DNA of 64,000 nucleotides, from contig MU056216.1 of the NCBI GenBank assembly GCA_013239625.1, forward strand, positions 13,790,725 through 13,854,724. The letters run 5' to 3'. The position numbers and the translations under genes are program-made. The notes under the pieces are model-generated. The model did no database searches, was not told the origin of the DNA, and saw nothing but the letters and a program-made list of their open reading frames with translations. This document shows, one piece after another, positions 1 through 13,299 of the stretch. The stretch is from Lama guanicoe. Lineage: Eukaryota. Each line of letters starts with the position of its first letter. The first letter of the stretch is position 1.

Positions 1-1099
1 CAGGCAGGGATCCGGGGGTGGGGATTACTGCACTGGGGGCAAGTCAGCGCAATGTTGGCCTTGACGGGTCCAATGGCTGCACCCCGAGGGTTCCGAGCAC
101 AGCTGGGCTTGGTCACAGAGGTGGGGGGACGCCCAGAAGGTTCCTCAGGGGTGCCAGCTGTCTGGCATGTCGGTGGCAGTGCGGTGGCTCCCCCTGTGAG
201 CGGGGAGGGTGGGCAGTGGTGTCAGACGCTCTGGACCCCCTGCCCTGGGGGGCAGCAGCCAGTGAACACACCGTGTACCAGATTAAAGGTCCGTTGGCCT
301 TAAGCTGTGCTTAACAGCAGGCCGGTGCTGCAGTGGCGCTTAGGACTCGGCTTCACTGTTCTCCCAAGTATCGACCCCTCGGGGCTGACTCATGGCATGG
401 AAATGAAGTGTGGCTCCAGTGGCGTCCCCGGTGTTGTTGTGTCTGACCTGAGATCCACCAGAGAGATTAAGTAAATTGCTTCCGACTTGCATATAATCGG
501 GGGAGAGCCCTAATGGGGACCCCAACAGTCTTGCTCTCAAACCTGCGCCTTAAATGTGATACTTTTAAAGCCCTTTTTCTTTGAATATTCATAAAAATGA
601 ATATTTTCACTTGTTACCATTTTATCTTTATAATAACCTTGCAAAGGAACGTGGTATTCCATTTTATAGACAGGAACATCAGGCCTTGTTGGTTACCATG
701 GGGATGAGTGTTTTTTTTAACCTTTTGAATTTTGTTCTTAGAAATTGTTGATTTCAAGTCCTTTGCCCACTTTGTATTTTCTTTTGTATAAACTCCCTAT
801 GTTGAAGATGATAATAATTTTCAGGTTTCACTGTTTCTGACTTCTGAAATGATTTCTAATGCATAAAACTTAATTTTATGGAGTCATATCTGTCGTTCTT
901 CTAAAATGTAATTTTTTATTATTTTTATCTTGGAAGGCTTTCCCTAAATTTTCTTCTCAATTGCTAGTCTGTCATTTAAAAACTGTAAGCGATAATCTTT
1001 CTGGAACTTCTAAAATGTGCACTGAGACCACTACCTGGTCAAGAAGCCACAGGCGTCCGAGTGTGGCCAGGTTGTACGACTGCTTTGTGTGTGCTCGGG

Positions 1100-1225
1100 C
1101 TGGACGGTCTAGTTTGAATCCTGGCCCTTGACGCTTCCTCACAGCGTGACTCCACCCGCTCTGATCCCATTTCCTCGTTTGTAAAATAGTGTTAATCGTG
1201 GTGTCACAGGGTTGTTAAGAAGATG
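1100..1225 (+). mobile_element. MIR SINE fragment
   Basis: tttgaatcctggc...tttcctcgtttgtaaaatag...cacagggttgtt resembles the MIR core. Confidence 0.6.
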
Positions 1226-1954
1226 GGGTGAGACCACCCTGCCTCTGAAGTCCTTCCTCTTCAGCCTCGGGGTGTGTGATGTAAGCACAGGGCCAGAGCT
1301 TAATCTTAGGACGGTGGTGTTGCCAGCACGCCAGCTCTTCGTGTACCCACGGGGGGCGTTGTGTGGAGTCCCAGATCTCCCCTCTGGAGGCGGCCTTAGC
1401 GATTACCTGGATTAGCAGATAATTAGTGAGGCCTTTACTGCCTCACCCTGACTGCCCAGCAGGGCCGCCTGGAGGAGCTCCAGACTTCATCTCTGACTTA
1501 CTGAGTCAGGTTGTGTACTGGGATGTATGGCCCAGTAATTTATAATTTTAACAACGTTCTCGGTGGTTCTTATGCATCTGGCTTGGCCCTGCCAAGAGGT
1601 TGTCCAGCTTCTGCTGTAAACTTGCCACGTTGTACCACGTGTGGAGTAAGATTCGAGGAGCGAGTGGAAAGCAGTTGCTTCTTATCTCCTCGGTGCATCA
1701 TGTGTGGGGTGGGTTTTGCCCTATTCTCATTGATCAATTACTGTTTTGTTTTTAAAGGATTTTCATTCACCATAACTTTATTTTTCCCAGATTCAGTCCT
1801 AATTTGTGAAAGATAACCTATTTCTTGTACGCACCTAACGATGCCAAACATTTGTACTTAATTCTGATAGAATGCTAGTCATTCTTTTTTAAATTCAGTT
1901 TTTTAATGAAGTTATTAACTCTGAAATAACTCTCTAATAAATTCTTATTTTTAG

Positions 1955-2181
1955 AGCTTTTTGACAACTACATGCAGCAAGATGCCCACGAATTCCTAAA
2001 TTACCTGCTAAATACGATTGCTGATATTTTACAAGAAGAGAGGAAGCAGGAAAAACAAAATGGTCGTTTGCCCAACGGGAACATCGACAGTGAGAACAAC
2101 AGCACAGCGGACCCCACGTGGGTCCACGAGATTTTTCAGGGAACATTAACTAACGAAACCAGGTGTCTTACTTGTGAAACT
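1955..2181 (+). CDS. USP12: Ubiquitin-specific peptidase 12, coding exon (orthologous exon 4)
   Basis: ttttag acceptor ends at 1954, gtaagt donor at 2182. Encodes (E)[75 protein letters not shown], with the USP QQDAHEF box and the first Zn-binding CxxC. The [12 protein letters not shown] linker is USP12-type rather than USP46-type. Confidence 0.97.
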
Positions 2182-2699
2182 GTAAGTATGTCATAACACT
2201 GTGTATAGAACAGACCTAATCCACGCGAGGTTCTTGGAGGACGGGTGTGAGAGATTGAACTTGAGAGCTGTAATTCCTGAGTGTAAATGGGCATCAAAGA
2301 CGTTCTTGTCAGGTGAAGGCCCTGTCTGCTTGTTCACAGTGAGCACGGGGATAACAAAAAATACTTACTGCAGCTGGAACTACTGCATTTTCTTTCAGTA
2401 CAGGAGACCATGAGGCCGTGCTCTAGGAATTGCAGCCTTAGTTAAGCTGATGAGAAACTTGCAGGTCAGGGAGGTGTATTCATTCGTTTTCCTTTCCCTG
2501 CGGTCGCGATCATCCTTACTGTTTGCTGCTGGAATGAACATGGAGGTGCGCTGTGCACACTCGCGGAGGGGACAGTCCCCGATGAGCAGGCTGTCCACAG
2601 GTGGGGTTGGGTACCGCAGCCCTCCTGCCGGCTGGCGCCTTCCCTTGCTCCCGCGTGAGGAGTGAGCGCTCAGACTCTGACTTAACCAGGTGTCCACTG

Positions 2700-3230
2700 T
2701 ACTGTGTTCCCAGCTGAGCCAGTCATGTCCCTTGTAGCGTTTCCCTCCTTCAATTCAGGGTCCAGTTTTAGGGTTTAGCAGTTTGCATTGCATGTAGTGA
2801 CCATGTTTTCTTTAGCCTCCTTCAGTTTGGGACATTTCCAGTCATCTCATTTTATGATATTCACACTGGAAGAATGTTCCCCTCCCCTCCTTTGTAAAAT
2901 CTAACATTCCTCATACCGAGTTTGTCTGATGTTTCCTTCTCATTTGATGCAAGTTATAGATTCCTGGTGGCATAATTCATAGTTAACGCGTCGTCCTCAG
3001 GAGTCCGCCCCTGGGCACACAGTTCCGCCTGACCCTCATTGGTGAGGTTGATTTGAACCTCCCACGCACAGTGTTGTTCGGTTCTCCACTTGACCATGAC
3101 TCTTTTTTGTGCCCTTGTAACTGGTAGGCTGACTGTGGGAGACACAGATTCCTTGTTCCTCATTAAAATCTCCCCCAAGATTTAGCGTTCACGGATGATT
3201 TTTGCCCAGTCGGTCTTTACTTTACTTTTT
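2700..3230 (-). mobile_element. Old L1 (L1MC/MD-like) 3' fragment
   Basis: Degenerate match to recalled ancient L1 3'UTR (ttgcattg...tctttagcctccttca...). Confidence 0.55.
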
Positions 3231-3384
3231 AACAGCAGAGGAGAGTGGTGTGGTCCATTGGAAAAGGGAGTCCAAAGCAAGAAAAGGAGGGAGATGTTTT
3301 ACTGATGTTTGAAAGAACAACATAGTCTACTTGGTTGACTGAGGCAAATAAACTTGCGCTGGCAGAGACTAACAGGGAACCGTC

Positions 3385-4655
3385 TCTTTTTTTTTAATAG
3401 ACCAAAAAAATACTGAGTGGAAAGTACAGAGAGTTCCCAAATACTGCCCCACCCCCGTCCACTGTCCCCTAAGAGTAACGTCTTGCATTAGTGATGTACG
3501 ATATTGATAACATAATTAACCAAAGTCCATAGTTTGCATTAGGGCTCGCTCTTGGTGTTGTCTGTTCTTTGCTTTCTGTTTGTTTGACAAACATATGACG
3601 TATCCATCATGACAGTATCGGACAGTAGTCTCACTGCCCTGAAAATCCCCTGTACTCCACCTGCTCTTTCCTGCCTCCTCCGCAGCCCCGGCCACCACTG
3701 ATTACTTTACTGCCTCCATTGTTTTGCCTTTTCCAGATGCCACATGGTTGGAATCGTAGAGAATGCTGCCTGTTCAGATTGGCTTCTGTCACTTAGCAGT
3801 ATGTATTTAAGGTTCCTGCGTGTCTTTTCACAGCTTGGTAGCTCATCTCTTTTTATCGCTGAATTATGTTTTATCGTCTGGATGTACCATAGTTTGTCCA
3901 TTCACCTACTGAAGGACATCCAGGTTGCTTCCAAGTTTTGGTAATAGTGGATAAAGTTGCTATAAACACGCATGTGCAGGCTTTTGTGTGGACATAAGTT
4001 TTCAACTCCTTTGGTTAGCACTGAGGAGTGCAGTTGCTGGACCGTGCAGTACACAGCACGTTCAGTTTTGGAAGGAACTACCAGACAGTCTTCCAGGGTG
4101 ACTGGACCATCGTGCGTCCCCACCAGTGATGAAGGGGAGTTCCTGTTGCTCCGTACCTTGTCAGCATGCGCTGTTGTCAGGGTTTTGAATTTGGCGATTC
4201 TAATATACTAGTAGTGGTATCTCTTGTTTTAATTTGCATTTCCCTATGACACACGACAGGAGACATCTTTCATAGGCTTATCTGCCATCGGAGTATCTTC
4301 TTTGGTGAGGTGTCTGTGCTGTCTTTGGTCCATTTTAAAACTGGGTTGTTTGTTTTCCTGTTGTTGAGTTTTAAGAGTTCTTTGTGTATTTTGGATACCA
4401 GTCCTTTGTCAGACGTGTCTTATGCAGAGATTTTCTCCCAGTTAGTGGCTTGTCTTATCTTAAACGGTTAAGAGATACAGTCTTTGGCAGATCAGAAGTT
4501 TCTGATGTTTTAATTTAAAATTTTTTATTTTAATAAAGTCCAGTTTTTCCTTCATGGAAATGCTTTTGATGTTCTTTAAATGCTGTTATTGGTTGTTGTA
4601 CTGAAAAAGTTGTCAGTAAGCCCAAGGTCACCTGGATTTTCTCCTGTTACTCTTC
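3385..4655 (-). mobile_element. L1MC-like LINE-1, 3' end plus ORF2 C-terminal remnant
   Basis: Typical antisense L1 motifs (ttggcttctgtcacttagcagtatgtatttaaggttcc, ttgcttccaagttttgg, ttttaatttgcatttcccta). The minus-strand ORF MDKLWYIQTIKHNSAIKR resembles the L1 ORF2 C-terminus. Confidence 0.85.
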
Positions 4656-6204
4656 TGAGACTTTGCACAGAGTCCACTGGCCATCCTTGTCAGTGCCCAG
4701 ATACCACTAGTAGACTCCTAGTGACCTTTATCCCATCTTCACGGGGTCCCGCTGTGGCCTGGGATGTATCCTGACAGATGCCTCCCAAGAATTAAGGGTG
4801 TGAATTGCTGCTTATTTCTTGCCGCCTCTCACTCTGTGTGGGGAGGGCTGTGTTCCATTTTCATTACCACCTGTGCGGACGACCGCCCAGCCCCGGTCTC
4901 CAGCCTGGACTTCTTCATTGAGTCTGTATCTCCCAGATGCCGAGTGTCCAGCAACAACCAGACATCAACCAGTGTTTGGAAACAGTTTTGAACTTAAGTA
5001 CTGCTGCACGTGGTGATCAACCGGCGCCAGCACAGTGGTAACCGCAGACATAGTGACCTACTTGCATCTGGGGCATCTAGAACATCCTTATGTCAGGGTT
5101 TTAATGTTACCATAAAGGTGAACATTTCAAGTGAAGACCCCCGAGGCAGTGAGTGTCTGAGAAGCACAGAGCGCATTCTGAGAAGCACTAGACTCTCCTG
5201 TTTCTCTGTTTCTCTTTAGCCCGTTCTGGCTTGAGCCTGCCTCCACCAGACTGTCCCGTCTGCCTCCTCACTTTGCGACAAAGCTGGGTGAATTGTTTTT
5301 CCTGAAGCACATCGCGTTCTCTTGCCTTTCTTGATTGTCTTTCTTCCCCTTTTTCCCGGAGTCTTTTGAGACCCACAGGACTTACCTTCCAGTGTCACTA
5401 TACCTTGTATACACGACACTCTCGTGTACTCATATTTGCGTCAGCCTGTAATATATAGCCACGTAATCGATCACAGGTTAATGATCCTGAGCTGATAACC
5501 TTGATGCAGGGTGGAAACAGGAAAGCACTGGCTCGGTGGGTGTGGGTCACTGCGGGCGGGAGGCTCGGGGAAGCGAGAAGGACATCACTCCTATTGTGTC
5601 AGGTCCCCGCGTGCGTCTTCAGTGGGGGGACAGCCAGGGAGGGTGACGTCTGAGGTTCTCTCCTCCTCCTGTTCAAATGAATGAGTGATAATGTTATTTT
5701 TTACAAGATGATTTTTTCCATAATTCAAGCAAGACGTTAAATTGGAGGCGGGGTGATAAAGGAAGGTCATAAGTGAGGATTGTAGTCTGGCATTTTGGGC
5801 TAGGTTTTTTCCTTCAATGTGATAAAACAGTACAGATACCATGTCCTTTACCCAACACCCCCATTCAGTCTTGTCCTGTGTTTTTAGGAATCAGTGTATA
5901 TAGTACAGTTTGTGCTTTCCCGTAATACCAGATTAGGGGAAGTAACGGAATTTCATGTCACACTTGCCTTTGCCAGTAAGAAAATTAGCCACAGGTGCAC
6001 TTTGGTGTTCACTTCTGCATAAGATGAGAGTCATTTGTTTGTGTTCTTTTGGGTAACTTAAATCAAGTCGTTTTCTTTTACACGTGAGGAAACAGAATTC
6101 TTTATATACTTACTACTAACGATAGGATGCATTTCATTCTGTCGTTTTGGATCAGTGATTTATTGATGTTTCAAGAAATCAAAGGCAGTTCCCTGTTTTT
6201 ACAG

Positions 6205-6281
6205 ATAAGCAGCAAAGATGAAGATTTTTTAGACCTTTCTGTTGACGTGGAACAAAACACATCCATTACTCACTGCCTGAG
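6205..6281 (+). CDS. USP12: USP12 coding exon 5 (77 nt)
   Basis: ttttacag|ATA...CTGAG|gtaagc. Encodes [25 protein letters not shown](R), in frame with the previous exon. Confidence 0.97.
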
Positions 6282-6397
6282 GTAAGCGTGGGGTTATCTG
6301 TTTTGACGTTTCCTGAGTCTCTTGGGTTTAGAATATTTTAAGATGAACGCGTACATTCTGGTATAGACGGAATTAACGTATTTTGAATTTTACACAG

Positions 6398-6481
6398 AGG
6401 TTTCAGCAACACAGAAACGCTCTGCAGTGAATACAAGTATTACTGTGAAGAGTGTCGCAGCAAGCAGGAAGCACACAAACG
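6398..6481 (+). CDS. USP12: USP12 coding exon 6 (84 nt)
   Basis: tacacag|A GGT...AAA CG|gtaatg, after a 116-nt intron. Encodes [27 protein letters not shown](R), containing the second Zn-binding CxxC. Confidence 0.97.
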
Positions 6482-7388
6482 GTAATGGAGTTTCCCGAAA
6501 CTCGCGGCGGTTCTTTGGCGGTGGGTGTGTAGACGGGCTTTTCCAGCTGGAAGGGAACTGGGCGGCTACATGAGTAACGTGCGCCACTGTGTCACCAGCA
6601 GTTAGGACTCGTTAGGTGATTGCTGGATAAACAAAACCAGCTCTGTGCCCGCGGGTGATCTTCTGCAGAAGCCAGCACAGTTCAGATGCTCGCTTTGAAG
6701 CTCCCCTGACTGTGAACTTCTCCTCGGCGAGGAAGGAAGAGGGGAAAGCACTTTGCTCAGCCCCCGGCCCCAGTTTCCACCCGTTCCTGCGTGGGATTTT
6801 GTGCCCTCTCTTAGGATACTGTTACAGAGACTGTGTTTTGGTGTCGGGAAATGGACTCTTCGTCCTCATCCTGATGATTTTACTTTTTATTTTGAAACAA
6901 CGTCAAACTCTGAAAGGCTGCGTGGGCAGCGCCAGGAGCGCTCTTTTACCCCAAGCCGTTTGGGAGTTCCTGCCGTGATGCCCATGACCCGCGGACGTTC
7001 GGCAGCTGTTTGCTGCCAGCAAGGAAGTTTTCCCCTTACCCTGTCCATCCAGGCCAGGAAGCAGCACTGACGTGTTCCTGGGACCACAGGCCTTGTTTTA
7101 GTCTCCCCAGATGTCCCAGGAGCGTCCTCTGTAGAGGAAAGTGTCCATCCCGACCCACAGGCGGCATCTGGCATTCATGTCTCTTTAGTCTTCTTATATC
7201 AGGACAATTCCGTAGTCTCTTCTTGACTTTCTTTGTCTTAACACTTGAAAGCGATGAGTTATTTTGCAGAATGTCTTCCTTTGGGTTCATCTCATGTTTT
7301 CCTGTGATCAGGTTCAAGCTGTGTGTTTGGGGCCGAGTCACACAAAAGTGGTGCTGTGTTCTTGTTTAAATGGTGCGCGATTTTGTCC

Positions 7389-7680
7389 TGTGTTGGGTCC
7401 CCAGCACCACTCGGTGCTGGATTTGGTGATACACTAGAAGGACTCTCGGGACTCAGCGTGTACAGTCGTGCTCACGGCTAAGATTTCTTACAGGGAAAGG
7501 TGACGAGTACAGTCAGCAGAGGGAAGCCAGCAAGCTTCCAAGAGTCCTGTCCCAGTTGGGGGACAGTGGGCGCACTCCCTAGATCACACTTCCAGATGCC
7601 AGCCAAGGACCACCCGTGCAAGCAGGTCTTTCTAAGGAGAGTCTGAAGCCTGCAGAGACATCTGCAGGGAAGCTTTTAGT
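7389..7680 (-). mobile_element. ERVL-type LTR fragment (MER68/MER77-like), with an old L1 fragment just upstream
   Basis: tgtgttgggtccccagcaccac...ctagaaggactc...gctcacggctaagattt resembles the recalled MER68/77-type consensus. Confidence 0.5.
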
Positions 7681-8536
7681 CCGGGGTTTCCCGGTGGGGC
7701 TCAGCTGAAGCTGCCCTGGGTGGGTGGTGCCTGAGGCAGGAGACTGACGCCCGCCCCGGGAGCACCGCCTTGGTAAATCCCAGGCAGACGTCTGGGCTCA
7801 GGGTCTGCTTCCGGGGACTAGGAGCACCTGCTTCCTCGTCACCCTGCTCCCTCCACCCCATTGTGGTGCCGCTGCAGTCGTTTGAGTTTGAAACCTGGCC
7901 TCATGACAGGTACTCTGATTAGGTTGGAAGAAGACAAGCTTGTTTTTAAAAATTGCATTGCTCAGCATACGTTTGGTGCAGAGAGCTAACATTTCTGGGA
8001 AATTTAAGTTGGGGTGATGGTGCTTTTCTTTGGGAGGAAACCTATGCTGTACTAATTTTTTTAAATGCCCCTTACATGTTTATTATTACTTTATTGATTT
8101 TAGGAAGTATAAAGAAATCTGCTTTATTTTTACTGTTACTGATTTTTCAAAACAACTTGAGGTAAAACATTGTCAGTACACTTAGTATAATTATCACTGC
8201 ATCACCAGGTGGGTCTGTGTTGCTGGATTCAGTTTGCTCTCATTTTGCTGAGGGAGTTCACGTCTGTGGACCATCAGGAGGCGTGCTGCTCTGCAGTTTC
8301 ACCTGCCTGTGGCCCTTCGCCGCGTTTGGTGGTGGGTGGTCGCTGGCCCCAGCGACCTGCGGGGGTCGCTCCTTCTCCTCTTTGATGGAAGAGTTTGTGC
8401 AGGACAGGTTTTCTTTCTTAAACGTTGCTAGAACCCACCAGGGAGGTGATTTGGTCCAGTTGTTTCCTTTGAAAAGAAGAGTTTTTTATTACAAATGGAT
8501 GCAGGACTATTGTTTATTTATTTATCTATTTATCCG

Positions 8537-8655
8537 TTTTTTAGTGGGGAGGTAATTTGGTTTATTTACTTATTTTTTAATGAGATGCTGGGATTGAACC
8601 CAAGAGCGCATGCATGCTAAGCACGCACTCTGCCACTTGAGCTGTATCCTCCCCC
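8537..8655 (-). mobile_element. Vic-1-like tRNA-derived SINE
   Basis: Reverse complement reads gggggaggatacagctcaagtggcagag...gcttagcatgca...gggttcaatccc, followed by an A-rich tail with taattacc-like motif. Confidence 0.85.
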
Positions 8656-8659
8656 ACCT

Positions 8660-9830
8660 TGCTGTTTCTTGCTTTAGTTTTGGTGAGTTGTGTTTTTTGA
8701 AGGAATTTGTCCATTTTATCTAAGTTATCTAATATAAAGTTATTCATAATATTTCCTTATAGCTTGCTTGCTTTATTTTTTAACTTATTATTTTGAAATG
8801 AGTTAGGGTCACAGGAAGTTGTAAACGTGGCACAGGGAGAAGTCAGGAGATAAGTGTACCACCGTCCTCAGAGTCCCCCACGGGCGTCATCTTGCGTGAG
8901 GATGGGACAAGACCAGAGCCAGGGAGCCGGCCTCGCTCCAGCCCATAGACCTCACTCACGGTTCACCAGTCTTGCTCATGTGTGTGTGCACATGTGTGTG
9001 TGTAGTTCTGTGCCATTGTATCCCATGCGGGTTCATGTGACCACCATGGCAGTCAAGGTAAGAGCTGTCCCGTCTCCCTTGTTAAATAGCCACACGCAGC
9101 ACCCGTGCTGCCCCCGCGCCCCCCCCTGCAGTCACGCGTCTCGGCTCCGCCTCTATGGTGTTGTCACGTTAGGGTGCCATGTGAATGGTATCTTGTAGTG
9201 TGTGCGTAGTATGTTAACTTTTGAGATTGGGTTTCTTCGCTGGGCATAATCCCCTGAGATGTGTTCAAGTGGTTACATGTATCGACATTTCATTCCTTTT
9301 TATTTAAGCTGAGTAGTCTCCCAAGCACTTCAGAATCTGTAGTAATAGCCTATCTTTAATTTCTGATACTGACTATGTGTGTTTTCTCTTTTCCTTGATT
9401 ACCCTTGCTAGAATTTTATAGCTTTTAATGCTGTGAATCTCTATTTTTGTTTTCAATTTCATTGATTTGTTTCCCTTTTGTTATTTTATTATTTCTGTGT
9501 ACTTTGAGTTTTAGCCCCTTCTTTCCTGGCTTCTTAAGGTAGAAACTTAGATTTTAAACCTTTTCTTTTCTAATTTAAATGTTTAAAGCTATAAATTTCC
9601 CTCTAAATATTGCTTTAGCTGTGTCCTCACAAATTTTAACGTGTCATATTTGCATTATGCATTTCAACATCTGTTTCAATTTCCCTTGTGATTTTTTTCT
9701 CTTTGTGGATTATTTAGAAGTATATAGCTTAGTTTCTGTATTTCAGGGGTTTTATAGATATTCTTTGTTTTTTATTTTTGTCAGAGAACATATTCTGTGA
9801 TTTCTGTCTTCTGGAATTTGTTGAGACTGG
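8660..9830 (-). mobile_element. Old L1 fragments (nested)
   Basis: Antisense L1 motifs: gaatttgtccattttatctaagtt, gctataaatttccctctaaatattgctttagctg, gtcagagaacatattctg. Confidence 0.7.
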
Positions 9831-9869
9831 TATAAATTATGAAAAGTGTTTTGCTCCACTGAGCACATA

Positions 9870-10220
9870 CAGGATTCAGTTCTGTAGTGTTCGTCAGGTA
9901 CCTGCCATGTGCCAGGCCTATTGCTCACAGTGGAGAAGTAGAATGAAAGAGATGGCTGCTGTCCGCCCAGAGTCCTGGCCCTGAGAGAAGAGAAAGACCC
10001 ATGATCATCTGGGTGCTTTGTAGTGTAATAAACTGCGCAGATACAGAGTGGATCTGCGAAGTGCGGATGGAGGGTGGAGAACAGTTACTTGTGCCGGAAG
10101 GTAGAACGTGTGAGCTGAGTCTTCTGAGGGGAGACTTGTGTGGTGAGGTGGGGCAGCGAAGGCCTCCCGGGAGGGGCGGTTGGAAGGGCTCCAGGCTGTT
10201 CCAGGACCCACGCAGGCAGC
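9870..10220 (-). mobile_element. L2 LINE fragment
   Basis: gtacctgccatgtgccaggc... typical of the antisense L2 3' region. Confidence 0.5.
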
Positions 10221-10752
10221 ACCTTTCAGGGGGAGCTGTGTCTTACCTCTGGCAAACAGATGCCTTCAGTGGGACGGTCTTTAATGCTTTTCTTGCTGTC
10301 TCCTGTTCTCAGTCTTCAGAATGATATAGATGAATAGGACAAATGGATCCCAGTCTCCCCTCACATCCAAAGGAATTAGCAGCTTTCAGGCACTGGTTTT
10401 TCCTCCACCAGCCATAGGCTTCACGTGCATTTAGCCTTAATGTAAAGGACCCGTATTTCAGAAATGCAGATTTCTCCACAGAGAACTGTCCCGCTCCGAC
10501 TGTGCGGAGCCGCCCCGAGTGCTGCCTCACATGATGTGCTTTGGTGGTGATGATGGTTTTGGGGTCATCTGAAGACTTGCGGAGTGTTGCTTTCCCAGTG
10601 TAAAAGTAATGGGTGGAAATATGCAAAAGTGGGCAGTGCTGGGCTGTTAAAACTGACCGTCAGCTGTCAGCTGAATCATAAAGTTTGACAGTTCTTTTAA
10701 GGACATGGCGAATGTCTCATGGGAAATTCTGTTCTCATGTCTATTTTAATAG

Positions 10753-10950
10753 GATGAAAGTTAAAAAGCTGCCCATGATTTTAGCTCTGCATCTGAAAAG
10801 ATTTAAATACATGGATCAACTTCATCGATACACAAAACTTTCTTACCGAGTAGTTTTTCCTTTAGAACTTCGTCTATTTAACACTTCAGGCGACGCAACC
10901 AATCCTGACAGAATGTACGACCTCGTTGCCGTCGTGGTTCACTGTGGCAG
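10753..10950 (+). CDS. USP12: USP12 coding exon 7 (198 nt)
   Basis: ttttaatag|G ATG...GGC AG|gtacgg. Encodes [65 protein letters not shown](S). Confidence 0.97.
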
Positions 10951-12979
10951 GTACGGGGTGCTGGGGGGTGCGGCTGCTCCTGAGCGCCGATGCTCAGTGG
11001 CGGGGTGGATGCTGTAGGGCAGCACGGATGTCTGTGGGCGCAGATGCTCGTCGGGGGAGGTGCTGGGTCGCAGGGCAGTGCACGTTCAGGACACTCATGG
11101 GGACTCGGTGTGGGCCTTTCAGGGGTCTTGTATCCTTCAGTGCTGTCACACTAAGATAAGTTTATTTCAGATAGGAAACATCTTACCATTTCCTCCTCCT
11201 AAGTTTTATATATGAATATAGTGTGTTATTGTCTGGATTTGATGTTTTATTCTTATTATTTAAATATTACTCTGAGAATTTTTAAGTCCTGTTTTTCATT
11301 TCCTTTTTTTTCTTGATTGTTGGTAAATAACAAAACAAAACAAAACAATGCTGCTGAAAGAAATTTTACAAAATCAGTGATTTCTGAGATTGATTGGGTA
11401 TATTCATCATGTTAATGGTTGTGAAAAACACTAAAAACGCTTCGGAGATAATCTTCAAAGTCAAGTTCTCTAGTTTTACGAATCCGTGTGTTTATTTCCC
11501 ACTAGCCAGTTTAGTGTACTGTCTCACTCTGTAGATCTTAACTTATAAAATAGCTCAGAAAATTCTCAGACCGGAATAGCGTTTATATTTGGAACACGCA
11601 GTCCTCCTTGACTATTCAGAATTTCCTGTAATAACTGTGAAACAGGGCCCTCCGGCTTTCCCCTAGGTTTGGGGGAACTTGTACTAGCAGCTTGTTTTCT
11701 CCAACGGAAAACACCCCAGCCTCTCAGTTGCTGCCCCCCAGCTTTCTGCTCAGCACAGCACTTAGGGAGTCGGTTCCTGGCCTAGTCTGTCACCTCCGTG
11801 GTCCGTGTCAGCCTGGCTCCTGGCTCTTGCCATCAGTAATAACCTTTCTTTCCCATTTTTGGAGCATTCAGTTTCTAAACTAAGAGTGATGACATCTGAG
11901 CAGAGGAAAACAGTATCAGATAACTTGCAGAACCTTGGTGCAGTGATCAGACCAGAGGTTTATGTTAGCTTAAAAGCTTTGTTTTTTCTGTTTTTTAAGT
12001 TTTGAGGTATTTTCCTCTATAGTGAAAAAGTGCTCTTGTTCGTGTCATTTTGTCGCCTCAGATACTCAACTACAGGGTCAAAGATCGGAAACGTACGAAA
12101 CTTGGAGGTGGCTTATTCTAGTATCTGAGGTTGCTACTTTTAAAATAGTATTCATCATAAAGAATAACTTGTTGAAAATTATTTCAAATTCTATAATAAA
12201 ATTGTGATAGAATTATAACTTAATAAAAATAATGTATCAGCTTTTATAATAAGTCATACTTAAACTGGGAGAGATTACAATCTTTGACATGTTCTTTATA
12301 AAGAATTTCTTGTAAGAGAAATAATTCCACCTTTATTTTTACACATTTCTGTATTTCTGTATTCCATATTTGTTTAAAATGAGATTCAGAGGCTATTATA
12401 ATAATTATAATGGTGTTAAGGGTTAAATACTTAAGTATAGCACTAATAATACTAAAAAAGTCATTTGTTTAAAGAAGTTTATGAAGTTCAAGCTTGATTT
12501 CAGAAGCATGGATTCGATATCTTTGCTTTTTCAAGCATCACATGGGATCCTTCCTTAAGAGGAAAACTATTGCCAAGGGAATAAGACTCAGAAATAGTTC
12601 TACCTGCCTTGTTTTGTAGTTTAATTCAGCATGCTCTGCTCACAAAACGCTAGAAATTTTTATTTAAATTTTCATAAAAGCAAATGTGAAAATTACTTCA
12701 AAAAGTAATAATTTTAAAAGGCAGCAAAGAATGTTAATAGTGTAGCTCTGTATAGATAGAATACTGGCTGTAGCCCTCAAAGTGAGAACCAGTTGCTTGG
12801 TGTTTAAAATTGAACGCCAGTTCACATCCGTGTAACTTGATCTTTTGGGGGAAAGACCAGAAAAGGAGTATTTTTATCTGTTTGAGTTTTTCTCCTTTAT
12901 AGAACAAGAAATTTAGGGCATAGAAGAGAAATATTGGTAAACATTGTGTGAAATGAGCTTTTCTTTCTCTTTGTTTCAG

Positions 12980-13058
12980 TGGTCCCAATCGAGGCCATTA
13001 TATTGCAATAGTTAAGAGTCATGACTTTTGGTTATTGTTTGATGACGACATTGTAGAA
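12980..13058 (+). CDS. USP12: USP12 coding exon 8 (79 nt), catalytic His box
   Basis: ttgtttcag|T GGT...GTA GAA|gtaagt. Encodes [26 protein letters not shown], with the catalytic His (GHY) and Asp (FDD). Confidence 0.97.
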
Positions 13059-13299
13059 GTAAGTAGCTTTCTGATTTCTTATTTTTCTTGGAAGTTGTGC
13101 GTGTATTTTGCTCTTCACTTTTTTCTACCAGCTTCTCACTTGCACAGGACAGGTGATAAAAGTTAGACAGGTGTCTGGGTCTTCAGACTGTGGTATGATT
13201 CTTACTTCTTACTTCCAGTCCCAGTGCTGGAATGGTCAGCTGTCTTTGAAAACATTTAGAGTAAAAGAAGGGAAATCTTTCAACAACAGAGCTAGTTAA

